A DNA stretch of 60,171 nucleotides, counting the filler, from Dugesia japonica (taxonomy: Eukaryota): NCBI GenBank assembly GCA_001938525.1. It is 6 parts of 6 records of this genome, joined end to end, with 100 filler letters (N's around TTAATTAATTAA, not from the genome) between each part and the next. Parts side by side here need not be neighbours in the genome. Positions count along the whole stretch, not along the records: positions 9,614 to 17,707 come from MQRL01239788.1; positions 17,808 to 27,126 come from MQRL01612956.1; 4 more parts are not named here. The stretch is one strand, 5' to 3'. The notes beneath the pieces are model-generated. The model saw only the letters and a program-made list of their open reading frames with translations, did no database searches and had not been told where the DNA came from. The first letter of the stretch is position 1, and each line of letters opens with the position of its first letter. The position numbers were made by a program, and so were the translations under genes. Below, one piece after another: positions 12,500-23,971 of the stretch.

Positions 12500-13495
12500 A
12501 TTTTTTAAAGAAACTCTGAAACGCCATTAAATATATATTTTCGTATTACTTGTTTCGACAGAATGTCTGCTATCTTCAGATATAATAAATTTAGTTTTTT
12601 TTTAAAAATTCTTTATTAAAACAATATTTATTTTCTTTTTATTTAAAGAAAATGCGTATATATTAAAAGTTCTGATTATGTAAGGAATTATGTAATCTCT
12701 ACAATAAATCAAATTTATAAAAAACATTCAATAAAGATTTAGAAAGACCCGTTTGAACATTGATTTTTTTGATCAATTGACATAATAGCTTGTGAGAATA
12801 TTATTAATTGTGAAAGAATTATCACAGACCTAGTAAAATATAGATAAGTTCAGCTACGTATTAGAAATTCCGTATTTGGAAGGATTTCAATAATTTAAGA
12901 CTGGGTTTTTAAAGTATAGAAATGAATCTGAATTTTAAAATTGTTTCGAAATAATATAAAATCATAAATATGTAAATCACCAATTCGATTGTGTTCTGAT
13001 TTTTTCTATAAATAGGAAAACAACGTGTGTAATGCCATATACATTGGAGAGACTTCCCGTCATTTCTGTACAAGAACATCATCGAGTTGGTAGTGGAAGT
13101 AATATTGCTGAACATAACATTAATTGCAAATCAGTTATCAGTATAAATAATTTTAAAATTTTGTGCAGAAACTTTAAAGATTATTGGGAGAGAGTCATGT
13201 GTGAAGCATTGATGATTATATCAATTGATCTAAAAATCAATGTTCATACTAGTCTTTCTAAATCTTTATTGAATTTTTAAAATTAATTTGATTCTTTTGA
13301 GAGATTGCATGATTCCTTACATAATCAGAACTTTTAATATATAAGCATTTTTTTAAATGAAAAGGAAATAAATATTGTTTTATTAAAGAATTTTAAAATA
13401 AGAATTAAATTTATTGTATGTGAAAATGACAGATATTCTGCCGAAACATGTTATACAACAATATATATTTAAATGGCGTTTCAGAGTTTTTATTT
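12500..13495 (+). mobile_element. Penelope-like retroelement remnant: GIY-YIG C-terminus flanked by inverted repeats
   Basis: CNAIYIGETSRHFCTR...EH...FKIL...EALMI at about 13025-13250. Inverted repeats at about 12500-12592 and 13405-13495. Confidence 0.75.
12552..12579 (-). ncRNA. Minimal hammerhead ribozyme core (Penelope-associated)
   Basis: CTGAAGA-TAGCAGACATTCTGTC-GAAAC; a degenerate inverted copy lies at 13420-13447. Confidence 0.55.
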
Positions 13496-13518
13496 TAAAT
13501 ATTATAAAAATTGATGTT

Positions 13519-14676
13519 TTAGTCGAATTTTATTTTACCTTTTACTATCATTTGAGAATATGTGATTTGTGTATGGGAATTTTTTTCATGTTTTTCTGTT
13601 TGATTTATATCATGTTTAATATTAATTCTTAATCCCTGCCGAACGTTTTGCTTTGGTTGGAATATTATTATGAAAACCTTTGGTCCGAATAAACAAGATA
13701 ATGCTACTAAAGCTGAAACATTGATAGAAACACAAAGAGTTGCTACACGTAAATGTACCATAATAGCAGTAGCCAAATAACAAGGAATAAATCCCAACCA
13801 AACCACACAAGTGCTATACATAGTAAATCCAATATGCTTACTTTCATTAAACGCTTCCGGAATATTTCTGGTGAGAAATGCATAAATCGTACAAATCAAT
13901 ATTAAAAGCATTGGATGCAACACAATAACAACCAAAGAATTCCCAAGAATATAATCACAAATCAAATAGTGTTCTGTTCGATTAGGAAAATGTGGAATTG
14001 GATTAGAATTTACAAAATATAACCAAAATCCCAAAATAATTATTTGAATTGATACGATAATTCCACAAATAAATATTTGAGATTGTTGTGAAATCAATCG
14101 TAATTTCTTCACATGTTTACGACCTGTTCTAAAAATTCTTTCGATTCGATTCAATTTTACTAATAATGCAGAATAACAAAGTGAAAATGAGAATCCGATT
14201 CCAAATTTCTGTAGAGCACATGTAAATTTTGTTGGTATTGTACAAAGAAATAAAGAACAACTGAAACATAATATTATTCCGATTAAAACAATGAAACTCA
14301 ATTCTCGACTTGATGCTTTAACTATAGGTGTATTGGAATAGAAAACAAATATTATAAAACATATCAGTGCAATTACTAAACAGATTCCGGAAAATATCAT
14401 CAAACCTATTGCTAAAGGATGTTTGTGGTTTAAATAAATTTGTTTTACGTTCAGGCATTGAGTTCGATTTTTGTTAGGATATTGTCCTAAAGGACAAGGT
14501 GAGCATTTTGTTCTTGATTCCTCAAAAATTTCATATTCCTGGCATTTTATACAAATCCAACATATACAGACTCCTGGATGAAGTTTTTTACGTTGATCCT
14601 GTGAACATTTTGGAGTACACGAAGAAATCGGAATGACAGATGAATTTCCACGAAATTTTAATTTTGTATAATCAAT
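13519..14676 (-). CDS. GRM: Metabotropic glutamate receptor (class C GPCR): exon encoding the cysteine-rich domain and 7TM
   Basis: Acceptor tttacttag|ATT at 14678/14677. IDYTKLKF...SSCTPKC...CICWICIKC...CSPCPLGQYP, then TPIVKASSRELS, ALLVKLNRIERIF, TRNIPEAFNESKHIGFTMYSTCVVWLGF and LFGPKVFII. Uninterrupted 386-codon frame. Confidence 0.93.
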   Translation of the reverse strand: MDYTKLKFRGNSSVIPISSCTPKCSQDQRKKLHPGVCICWICIKCQEYEIFEESRTKCSPCPLGQYPNKNRTQCLNVKQIYLNHKHPLAIGLMIFSGICLVIALICFIIFVFYSNTPIVKASSRELSFIVLIGIILCFSCSLFLCTIPTKFTCALQKFGIGFSFSLCYSALLVKLNRIERIFRTGRKHVKKLRLISQQSQIFICGIIVSIQIIILGFWLYFVNSNPIPHFPNRTEHYLICDYILGNSLVVIVLHPMLLILICTIYAFLTRNIPEAFNESKHIGFTMYSTCVVWLGFIPCYLATAIMVHLRVATLCVSINVSALVALSCLFGPKVFIIIFQPKQNVRQGLRINIKHDINQTEKHEKNSHTQITYSQMIVKGKIKFD

Positions 14677-17450
14677 CTAAGTAAAGTGCATGAAATTAAT
14701 TTATTTAAATTATCAAGATAACAATACTACATATTTTTAAAAATATTTTTAAAAAAATACATGCAAATTCGTGTAAATTCATTTTTATGATATAACAGAT
14801 ATTTAAAAAAGTACGATTTTATTACTATTTAGGGTTTGTGTTTTTCTTTGGTGAATTATTTTAGTTATTGTTCTGAAAGTTAATGTTAGTCAACATTGAT
14901 GTTATCGTTCAAATAATTGAAAACAACTTCAGCTTCCAGAACAAGAATTAAAATTATTAAAACTAAAAAATATATAAAATTTGAACTAAAATCATGGTTT
15001 GTTGAATAATAATTTTGGAAATTTTTTTAATGGTTATTTCTTACTACAAAATTATTTTTATTAAAGACTCTAAAGATCTTTATCACGTTTTTAAAAATAT
15101 TTACTCTACTTGTTTTTAAATTGACAATAAATAAATAGTAGCGGAATGCACCAACCCCTTTCGTCAACAGATACCAAATGGTGCTGAAATTTATATTTGT
15201 TTTCTTGATAAAAGAATTTTTAAAATTTTTTTCTGGGAAAATTTTTAAAATCGGATCGATAATTTTTTAAAAACATGGTGCAATTTTTCTAATCGGAACA
15301 AATTTAACATCTTTGCACGCAGAATGTAAACCTGAACATTTTGCTGCTAATTTTATTTAAGTGTACCAAATGTGCTAATCGATATTCTCAAAAAACACTT
15401 TTAGTATTCAACAACACTCTTACTTTCTTGATTTTCACTTTTTGAAATCGAAATCGTTGGTAATGAGATTGAGCAAAAATTCTATGTCTACATTATCTAA
15501 ACGACTAGCAACGAAAAGTGCTTCGTTCTCGATATAAAGGGTAGTAGCTCACTGAACCACCTTATCAGTTATCGAGAATTAGTTAAAAAGTGTTCCAATT
15601 CCTTTATTTATAATGCAATTAGATCAAACTTAATTAAAAAGAAACTTTTCTCAAGAAAGAAACAATTACTAGTACTTTAGATAATGCATACAGTTTTTAA
15701 TTCTCTTTTCAATGGTATCATAAGACTTGTAGTTTTAATGAAAATTTTTCTCTGTACATGTTGTTATATCGCTGTTAATATTAATTAATCGATTTTACAA
15801 ATATTATAGAAATATCCGTCATTGTATTACGGTTCTATCAACACACTAAATGACTCAATCGGATCAGAATTGCAAACACTAGAACACTTTTCCATAAAAT
15901 GTATAATACATGTAATAATTAAAGCAAATATATATAAAATATATGTAAAATAGGTAAAAATATGATAAAAATAGAAAACGTAATATTATGAAATAAAAAC
16001 CAAATAAATTGATAGTTAGTTTTTATTTTTTTTCAATTACAAATTTTGATACCTTGAACTCTGTAATGGAAACATTTCATGTAGACCTTTTTCAAAACAT
16101 CTTTTAAACAGTTTTATCAAATATTGTTTTGAGTATTGATTTTTTGACTTTGAAAATATTACAGCAACGTGTGTCATTCCATTACGCATTCCATTACCAA
16201 GTTTGATTTGTCTTTTAATTAACCTGTTTGCATTGTGATGATAAAGACTTGAAAGCAAAGTTTAATGTCTAGCTTCTGTGTAAATTCTCTCATAACTCTG
16301 GATTCAAAGGGTTTTCCACAATCTAGTCTTATCTCTCTTGAGCATCCAAATCTCAATACCCACTTTTTGTCTTGTCTAGGCAATGCTATAAGAACCAGAT
16401 TTTTATTCCAAGAATGTATTTTTGCCACTTGTTTCCCAACTTCGCCGAGAAATATATGTTAATATGACTTAGAACAAATCAGCAGCTTCTAATCTTTTTG
16501 TCTTCTCTTTAGTCGATATCATCATTACTTTAGTCTACTGACAAATTTAGCAGCTACGAACTATCTTCTGTATTTGGCTCGACAAATTGATCATAACGTA
16601 TTTGTCTCTCATATTTTCGTACACCTTTTCAACTATTTCATGACATAATAATTTGTATATTTCTTCTATTGTATCATGTATTTTGTCATCTAGAATTTTT
16701 ATTTTCTTGATTAAATCTGTTTCCTCAGAAATGTTTGATTACTCTTCTTTTTGTTTTTCAATTGTGTTTGTACTCTTGTTTAAATCTTCCCTTTCTTGGC
16801 ATCTTCATGTGATATTTGACATTGTACACACATTTCACTTCTTGTTCTAAATAACATCTGCATTGTCATATTTAATTGCTTTTCTATATTCTAATGCCAT
16901 GTCTAACTTACCAAGGTAATCGATACATATCTGAAATTGTGACGTCATTGGTTTTTTTCGTCGCTATCCTGAAAGTAAGAGCTAAAAGTTATCGAACAAA
17001 ATAGAGCATATTTACTTTAGTTTTTTTGTTTTAAATATAATAAATATTTGTCTTAATTTTGACTTCAAAATGCCCATTATGTTTTTGACTACTCAATATA
17101 AAAAAACTTTTCATTGTTTACTGAATACATTATTGTAAAATTTGTTTTATTGTGCTTTTTCATTACATTTAAAAAAGCCTTATATCATAGAAATTCAAAG
17201 GAAATATAGTTATAATTATTATTATCTTTAGATTCTTATCTTGATAATTTATGTTTATATTGTAGACGTTTGGTTGGTACATCAAATACTCGAATTTGTT
17301 TTTAATTAAAAAAATTCGATTAAATTAAAATAATATCGATTAATAAAATCAATACTAGACTTATTAAATTTGAAATGTTAATTTAAAAATTCTTTGTAAA
17401 AAACATTTTTTTAATAGCTAAATTTAGAATAAATATAAAAAAATATGAAC

Positions 17451-17590
17451 TTTTAAAACTTCATTTGTATAGTTTCCGATTTCATTCCAAGAATAAATCC
17501 CTTGTTTCGATTTAATAAAATTAAGAATTCGATATCGGGGTGGACCGTCAGACGAATTTGGAGTGAATTTTATTTCTAAACCGGACAAAC
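17451..17590 (-). CDS. GRM: Upstream mGluR exon (end of the Venus flytrap domain)
   Basis: aattttag|GT TTG... gives GLSGLEIKFTPNSSDGPPRYRILNF...YSWNEIGNYTNEVLK. A phase-0 GT joins in frame to the 14676 exon; the exact donor is uncertain by 9 nt. Confidence 0.75.
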
Positions 17591-17625
17591 CTAAAATTAT
17601 TTACAAATATATTTTATTTAGTAGC

Positions 17626-17628
<3 letters not shown>

Positions 17629-17672
<44 letters not shown>

Positions 17673-17707
17673 GTATTATTTTTATTATTATTAAAAATAA
17701 TAATAAT
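17629..17707. repeat. (ATT)n microsatellite
   Basis: Visible tandem att run at the scaffold end. Confidence 0.9.
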
Positions 17708-17807
17708 NNNNNNNNNNNNNNNNNNNNNNNNNNNNNNNNNNNNNNNNNNNNTTAATTAATTAANNNNNNNNNNNNNNNNNNNNNNNNNNNNNNNNNNNNN
17801 NNNNNNN
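17708..17807. other. Artificial scaffold spacer
   Basis: 44 N + TTAATTAATTAA + 44 N. Confidence 0.95.
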
Positions 17808-18773
17808 TCGATTCTATATATAGTAGGAGGTGGAATGACTTGTAGTTCTTGCTCATAAAATTTTTCTTGTATGATATTATTCTCCTTATCTTTAATTACA
17901 TACATGACTGGATTTTGTTTAATATTGATTTTCGATATTTGAAACACTTCATCGCTCCAATTACTATCAAAGTTTTTAATGAANGTAGATGCGCTTATTT
18001 TTGAGATTCTAACATGTTCATCGACTTTATATTTTGGTTTCTTATTTGCTTTGCTTGATCGCACGATAACCATAATTTTAGTTCATTGTTTGAACTTACA
18101 ACAACAGGTCTTGCTCCATTTAAACCTTTATGGCTATCATGATTATAACTATGAATTAATTTTGAAAACACATTTATCCAGGTTTCATTGCCAGTATGCA
18201 CAAAGTATTTTTTTAAAGCATCTCTTAATGTACGATTAAATCGCTCTANNNNNNNNNNNNNNNNNNNNNNNNNNNNNNNNNNNNNNNNNNNNNNNNNNNN
18301 NNNNNNNNNNNNNNNNNNNNNNNNNNNNNNNNNNNNNNNNNNNNNNNNNNNNNNNNNNNNNNNNNNNNNNNNNNNNNNNNNNNNNNNNNNNNNNNNNNNN
18401 NNNNNNNNNNNNNNNAGCTCTTGCAAATCGACTGATTACATCAATACATGTCAAAATATACTTGTATCCTTTATTTATTTTTGAATATGAATCATCTTCA
18501 TTAAATCCATTTGCCATAAATCATCAATTCTAAACGTTTTATATGCTCTAGTTGGAAATCTTTTCAACATTGGTTTGTTCAAACTGTACGCCAGTTGATC
18601 CGATAACCACCTTTTTGTCTTTGTTTTTGTTTTTTGTGCTGCTTTCATCAATTTGTCTACGCAACGAAAACCTGCGGGATTTTTGCGTCCGTCCATATCG
18701 TCTTCAGCTTGCCCATTACAACAATTAGATGAAAACCTTAAATCAAAATTAGGTAATGATTGTAAACCACATA
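17808..18773 (-). pseudogene. Polinton-type retroviral-like (rve) integrase
   Basis: NPAGF...LWQMDL...YKYILTCIDVISRFA...ERFNRTL...YN...H...KYKVDEHVRISK...F.K...NWSDEVF...FYEQEL; frameshifts and an assembly gap. Confidence 0.88.
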
Positions 18774-18826
18774 TTGTTTATTTAGAAGGATTTTATAATA
18801 CGATTTTCTATAAAACCAACAATTGT

Positions 18827-19150
18827 TTATTTGAAATGAGTTAATCCTAGTGCTGCTAATGCAATTGGTAGTAATGTTGCTATAAAGCCATCTGTTAGAT
18901 TATCTCGTAATACTAGCCTCATCAATTTCTTAATTTTTGTATTTGCAAGTGTCAATAGTGTTCTTTTATGTTTTTTGAATACTTCCTTTCTTGCATTGCT
19001 CACATTTACATTTCCGCGAACAATATTTATAATAATTTCAATTAAATCATCTATAACAAACGTTGGAAATGATTTCAAAATTTGCATTCTCACCGATTTT
19101 GAAGATTGAATTATTGATGTAAAAAATGGAATATTTCGTTTTAATTTCAT
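18827..19150 (-). CDS. Conserved small Polinton virion protein with hydrophobic C-terminal GF..LLP segment
   Basis: IEIIINIVRGNV...KKHK...GFIATLLPIALAALG; homolog at 53154-53465; sits directly upstream of the integrase. Confidence 0.7.
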   Translation of the reverse strand: MKLKRNIPFFTSIIQSSKSVRMQILKSFPTFVIDDLIEIIINIVRGNVNVSNARKEVFKKHKRTLLTLANTKIKKLMRLVLRDNLTDGFIATLLPIALAALGLTHFK

Positions 19151-19184
19151 TTTAATAATAATAATATAAATTACCCGTATTTGT

Positions 19185-19385
19185 TTATAATGCTTTCCAT
19201 TTTCTGTTTATGTTCTTCATTTTCTTAATATACATTTTTGATAGTTTCTTAAAAATGTTCAACTGTTTACTTTGTTTCCTCTTTCCACCCTTTTTCTTTT
19301 TTACAATACGCTTTATTGTTCGTTGACCACGTTTCATTTTTGGAAAACTTTTTAGAAAAACTACAATTTTTTTAAATTTCGTCAT
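19185..19385 (-). CDS. Small Lys/Arg-rich protein (putative DNA-condensing)
   Basis: Very basic; positional and sequence homolog at 53501-53845. Confidence 0.55.
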   Translation of the reverse strand: MTKFKKIVVFLKSFPKMKRGQRTIKRIVKKKKGGKRKQSKQLNIFKKLSKMYIKKMKNINRKWKAL

Positions 19386-19402
19386 TTTTTTAAGTATAAT
19401 AT

Positions 19403-19976
19403 TTATTTAGTTTGTTTATACACAGTAACACCTTCAGGATTGAAAATATCAGTTCTCACCCTCAGTTCATCTGGACATTGTTGTGTAAAGTCGAGAAAAA
19501 TATAATCATGTGGATTAACTGTTGCATCTTGAAATGATTCAATAAGAAATTGTCTATTATTAGGTTACGCCTGTCTTGCTAGAAAATCGACAANNNNNNN
19601 NNNNNNNNNNNNNNNNNNNNNNNNNNNNNNNNNNNNNNNNNNNNNNNNNNNNNNNNNNNNNNNNNNNNNNNNNNNNNNNNNNNNNNNNNNNNNNNNNNNN
19701 NNNNNNNNNNNNNNNNNNNNNNNNNNNNNNNNNNNNNNNNNNNNNNNNNNNNNNNNNNNNNNNNNNNNTCCTGATACAGATCATCTACTACAATAACATC
19801 GCCCGGTTTCAATCTCTTGTTCCAATTTTTATCAAATCCATTAATAATTTTCCTTTTAATGTTGCAAAATTCTGATTGTGTTAACCCATGGTCTTCATCT
19901 GGACCTCTGTGCCAATATATTTTGTTAAATTTTGATTTAAATAAATTTGATTTTAGTAACTTGCATACAAACAAGG
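19403..19976 (-). pseudogene. A32/FtsK-like DNA packaging ATPase (gapped, one stop)
   Basis: Walker B VIVVDDL; C-terminal FLARQ...DAT..PH.Y.FLDF.Q..PDELRVRTDIF. Confidence 0.85.
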
Positions 19977-20253
19977 NNNNNNNNNNNNNNNNNNNNNNNN
20001 NNNNNNNNNNNNNNNNNNNNNNNNNNNNNNNNNNNNNNNNNNNNNNNNNNNNNNNNNNNNNNNNNNNNNNNNNNNNNNNNNNNNNNNNNNNNNNNNNNNN
20101 NNNNNNNNNNNNNNNNNNNNNNNNNNNNNNNNNNNNNNNNNNNNNNNNNNNNNNNNNNNNNNNNNNNNNNNNNNNNNNNNNNNNNNNNNNNNNNNNNNNN
20201 NNNNNNNNNNNNNNNNNNNNNNNNNNNNNNNNNNNNNNNNNNNNNNNNNNNNN

Positions 20254-20586
20254 AAACCTTGTCAATTTGTTGACAAAAGCGGGAAATATACGTTAATATT
20301 CTTTAAATCAGGAAATTGTCGAATAATAGGATGAAAAAAACCATTGGAAATGGAGAAATTACAGTATGATATTAAGGATATTCGTTTGCAATCATTAATA
20401 ATTGTAATAAATTTGGGACAAGTTATTAATTTGTATAAATTAGCAAAAGTGATAAAATGTTGGTTTGAACCAGAATTGTTCCCTGCTTTACGTCTTACTA
20501 AGTATGATCCTGTATGTGTTAACGTTTTTTCATCTGGAAAAATTGTAATACTTGGTATAAAAAATTTACACTATCAAGGATATGTA
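20254..20586 (+). pseudogene. TATA-binding-protein-like gene, copy A (one in-frame TGA; ends lie in gaps)
   Basis: YTLIFFKSGNCRIIG*...LQSL...NLG...INLYKLA...FEPELFPALRL...PVCVNVFSSGKIVILG fits the two TBP core repeats. Confidence 0.8.
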
Positions 20587-20795
20587 NNNNNNNNNNNNNN
20601 NNNNNNNNNNNNNNNNNNNNNNNNNNNNNNNNNNNNCACCCAATTTTGACACAACTGAAAAATATGTTTACATGTGAAATATTACATTTTACATTTTACA
20701 CCCAATTTTGGCACAACTGTGGCCGAATTTAAGGTCTTTTCTCACTACTGACATTACGTTTTTCATTTTATTCAGTTATTATTTTTTTTAAAAAA

Positions 20796-21087
20796 ATGTA
20801 TCCAATCCAATATGAAACTATAAGAAAAACTTGTATGGAATCCGCTGATTCTGATGGACAGGAGGATTTTATTCACNAAAAGGGTATTATTTTATTTTTT
20901 AATTATTCATAATTATAATTTATTTTTAGATATTATTGTAATAATCTTGTTGCGAAGAAAAATGTCGCTGACGAAAAATGAATATGAAACAATCCTTATA
21001 AATTACTACAAAGAGATATATCTACGAGCCCATTGTGAATGTTACAGATGCCGATTCACACTTTTGGAACATTTAATAAATCAATAA
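20796..21087 (+). CDS. Small hypothetical Polinton accessory gene with a possible 46-nt intron (20884-20929)
   Basis: ATG at 20796; an AT-rich GT..AG intron restores the frame into the HCECYRC-containing ORF; AATAAA at the stop. One n makes the frame uncertain. Confidence 0.4.
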
Positions 21088-21297
21088 ATTTTTGTTGTTA
21101 AAATTTGTTTTTTTATATAAATAGTTATTTTGTTAGTCATTTATCATTTAATTGAGTTTTTAAGTTTTAAAGTTTTTCTTTATTTATTAGTCGTTAAGTT
21201 TTTATTTATTTTAGTAGTTATTTAATTTGATAGATATTTTCTNNNNNNNNNNNNNNNNNNNNNNNNNNNNNNNNNNNNNTTATTATAAATGACTCAA

Positions 21298-21755
21298 TTA
21301 ATAAATCTCTCGAATTTTCCAAATTGGAGACACAATTTTTCTGTTTATTGATGATATATTGCTTCCATTTTTCTTAACTCCTTGTATTTCTACTTGGATC
21401 ATATATTCTTCAGATTTTTCGAATACGGTTCCTTTCGAATCGTTGTAATTGATGTAAACCATATCCTTTATTGTAATTGATGGTTCAATTCTTTGAAATA
21501 ATAAATTCAAAATTTTCATGTCACTGGAATTAATATTAGTTAACAACAAACTATATGTAGATCTGTGTATCTTTACAGGTTCCTAAATGAAAATATTAAT
21601 TATTAATAAAATAAATAAAAACTTATTACTTGAAACGAATAAATTATTGGTCTCTTAAAGAATTTCATTTGTATTCCATGAAATTCAGTAGGTTTTCTAT
21701 AATCTACTATAATAGATATAACATTGTCTTTTGTTAAAGTAACAACCGATTGCAT
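21298..21755 (-). CDS. Two-exon hypothetical Polinton protein (about 136 aa), 47-nt intron at 21583-21629
   Basis: Exon 1 has 42 codons ending TTT CAA|gtaat; tttag|GAA continues in frame to ...VSPIWKIREIY*. Same structure in the paralog at 25006-25435. Confidence 0.7.
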
Positions 21756-22070
21756 ATTAGAATAATGAAATTTATTAAATGTTTTAGCTTTTATACTAAG
21801 TGTTGTCAATTAAAGTTTCTATGTATTTATTTTATTGGTTGAAAATGTGTTACTTTGATTATTAATATATTTTGATTGGTAATTCCTTGTTAAATCAATT
21901 TAAGTGCAACATAAATGCAAAACTATAGCAAGTTAAACAAAGCATTTGTTACAAAAAGGTAACAACTAATAGAAACTAACAAATAACGTGTATGTATGTA
22001 TCTTAGCAAGTATAAAAGCGATAGTTTTCGTAAAATAAATCTTACTTTATAATTCAAAATTATTCTCAAC

Positions 22071-22319
22071 ATGAATTATTTGAAAAAAGTAATTTAGAAA
22101 TTGACAGATTCAATTAACTGCGGATTCGTTGATAAAATTCAAATCCTAACCAAGCTTGATAATGGTCCAATGAGTAAACATGACTATGTTGAACTTATTG
22201 TCCGATCAGTATTCATGAAGAAAATTAAGGATAAATCGGAAACACGAAAAAGAATTAAATATGCTGCTATGACTCTATTGACATCAGTCGTGTTGTTTTA
22301 TTTGTTTAAAAGAAATTAA
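22071..22319 (+). pseudogene. Small protein with C-terminal hydrophobic anchor (one early in-frame TAG)
   Basis: TATAAAAG at 22011, ATG at 22071, C-terminus YAAMTLLTSVVLFYLFKRN, AATAAA at 22335. Confidence 0.45.
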
Positions 22320-22412
22320 TGTAATTATGTTATTAATAAATGTTAATTTAAACAGACTTTTGTTTCTCTTTATTTGTTTAATAAAAAAAAATTTTAAAAA
22401 AAATTTTTAAAA

Positions 22413-22642
22413 ATCGATGAGTCATGATCTAGAAAATCGATGACTCATTGTCTTAGTTCTGGTCAGTGATGAGTCATCATTATGAGTTATCGCCTTTGTT
22501 TTAAATCATCGATGTGTCATCCCGATGAGTCATTGCCTTTGTCCTAGTCATCGTTGACTTATCGCGATGAGTCATTTTCTTTGTTTTAGTCATCGATGAG
22601 TCATATCTATGACTCATCGTCTTTGTTGTAAAAGTTCTTTGT
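22413..22642. promoter_or_regulatory. Subterminal ~42-bp tandem repeat carrying AP-1-type TGA(G/C)TCA and CTTTGT motifs
   Basis: Exact TGASTCA at 22418, 22441, 22470, 22526, 22568, 22597 and 22610; CTTTGT at 22494, 22537, 22579 and 22621. Confidence 0.65.
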
Positions 22643-22646
22643 CTAG

Positions 22647-22678
22647 GGGGTGAACTAGTGAGCTACTATCTACCTACT
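22647..22678. repeat. Polinton terminus (TIR end; reads 5'-AGTAGGTAGATAGTAG on the minus strand)
   Basis: Polinton TIRs begin with AG-rich short repeats; near-identical ends at 25937, 47251 and 55121. Confidence 0.7.
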
Positions 22679-23639
22679 CATTGCAAGCCCCAATTATCGA
22701 TTCCCTAGTATAGCTGATTGATCGACCATCTCTCCAAGCTAAGTATATGGTTGTTTAAAAAGTTGTAGTTAAAAGTTTAATTCACTATCTGTCTTGCTGT
22801 TGGGGCGCAGCCGACCAACTCAAGCGTGCTTGGACATTTGACAGATGGTCGCAAAACGGTTATCACTATGAATAGGAATAGTATCATAATATCAGTAAAA
22901 TAGTAATTATACAATTTTGCAAACCTCTAATTCATTTACACTGGATTTTGAAAACATTATTGACTACTGTGCAATTTCATAAAATAATTTGTGACTTCTG
23001 AATAAATTATTAATTATTGTGAATAAAATTATAATTTATTGTGAATAAATTATTAAAGTCCTTTTCCTTATTAGCTCGCACCTTTGACGTCTTTGTTGTG
23101 TTATGTTAGTAAACGAAAACAAATATTTTGACAAAAATTGAAAACCCCTTATTCATATATTTCTGGCTATGCCACCGGTGAGTATTGTATTTGTTAAGAC
23201 TTAATGGTAGTGATTATTGTGTTGATATAGCTATTGGTAACGAGTATTGTGTATGTTTAGATATTTTCCTCGATAATATTAACAATTGAAATTTTTACTA
23301 AGTAATTATATGAATGAATTGGTAGGTCATGAAACTTGATAGTATTAGAACCATTATTTTCCAAATATTTCTTTACTTGAATAATGCTAGATTGCCGCGT
23401 GAATGGTATTCATATTGCAGTAATCTTGCACTTGTACTGTACTCATACTGCACATATAATAGACTCAAATCATGTATGTAATACACCATATTGTTTATTC
23501 ATCCTGCATACTTTTATACAATTTCATAAAATAATTTGTGACTACTGTGCAATTTCAAAAAAATAATTTGTTACTACAGTGCAATTTGATAAAATATTTA
23601 TCGACTTCCAGTCACTTTTAGATTAAAGTCCCTATTCAT

Positions 23640-23971
23640 TTACACTGGATTTTGAAAACATTATTGACTACTGTGCAATTTTATAAAATAATTTGTGACT
23701 TCTGAATAAATTATTAATTATTGTGAATAAAATTATAATTTATTGTGAATAAATTATTAAAGTCCTTTTCCTTATTAGCTTCTTGATATAGATCATCAAC
23801 AACGATCAAATCACCATGCTCCTCATCTGCACCTCTATGCCAATATATTTTATTGAATTTCGATTTGAATAAGTTTGATTTCAATAATTTACACACAAAC
23901 AAGGTTTTTCCACTACCACTTGGTCCAAAAACTTGATGTACAGAATCATTTTTTAATTCACTTATATTTAT
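23640..23971 (-). pseudogene. Packaging ATPase N-terminal part, internally deleted and rearranged
   Basis: Walker A GPSGSGKT at 23926-23903, Walker B LIVVDDL; a ~150-bp piece is duplicated at 22930-23078. Confidence 0.85.

Larger units (their letters stand above)
17808..22678 (-). mobile_element. Polinton/Maverick (adintovirus-like) element, copy A, partial, with right terminus
   Basis: rve integrase, core-like protein, basic protein, packaging ATPase, TBP-like gene and accessory genes; ends in ...gctactatctacctact. Confidence 0.85.

Noticed and set aside
22413-22642. CRISPR-like repeat array
   Set aside because: Degenerate tandem units without unique spacers, no cas genes, eukaryotic context.
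22930-23780. 31-bp and ~150-bp local repeats (gactactgtgcaattt)
   Set aside because: Explained as duplications within a decaying ATPase gene.
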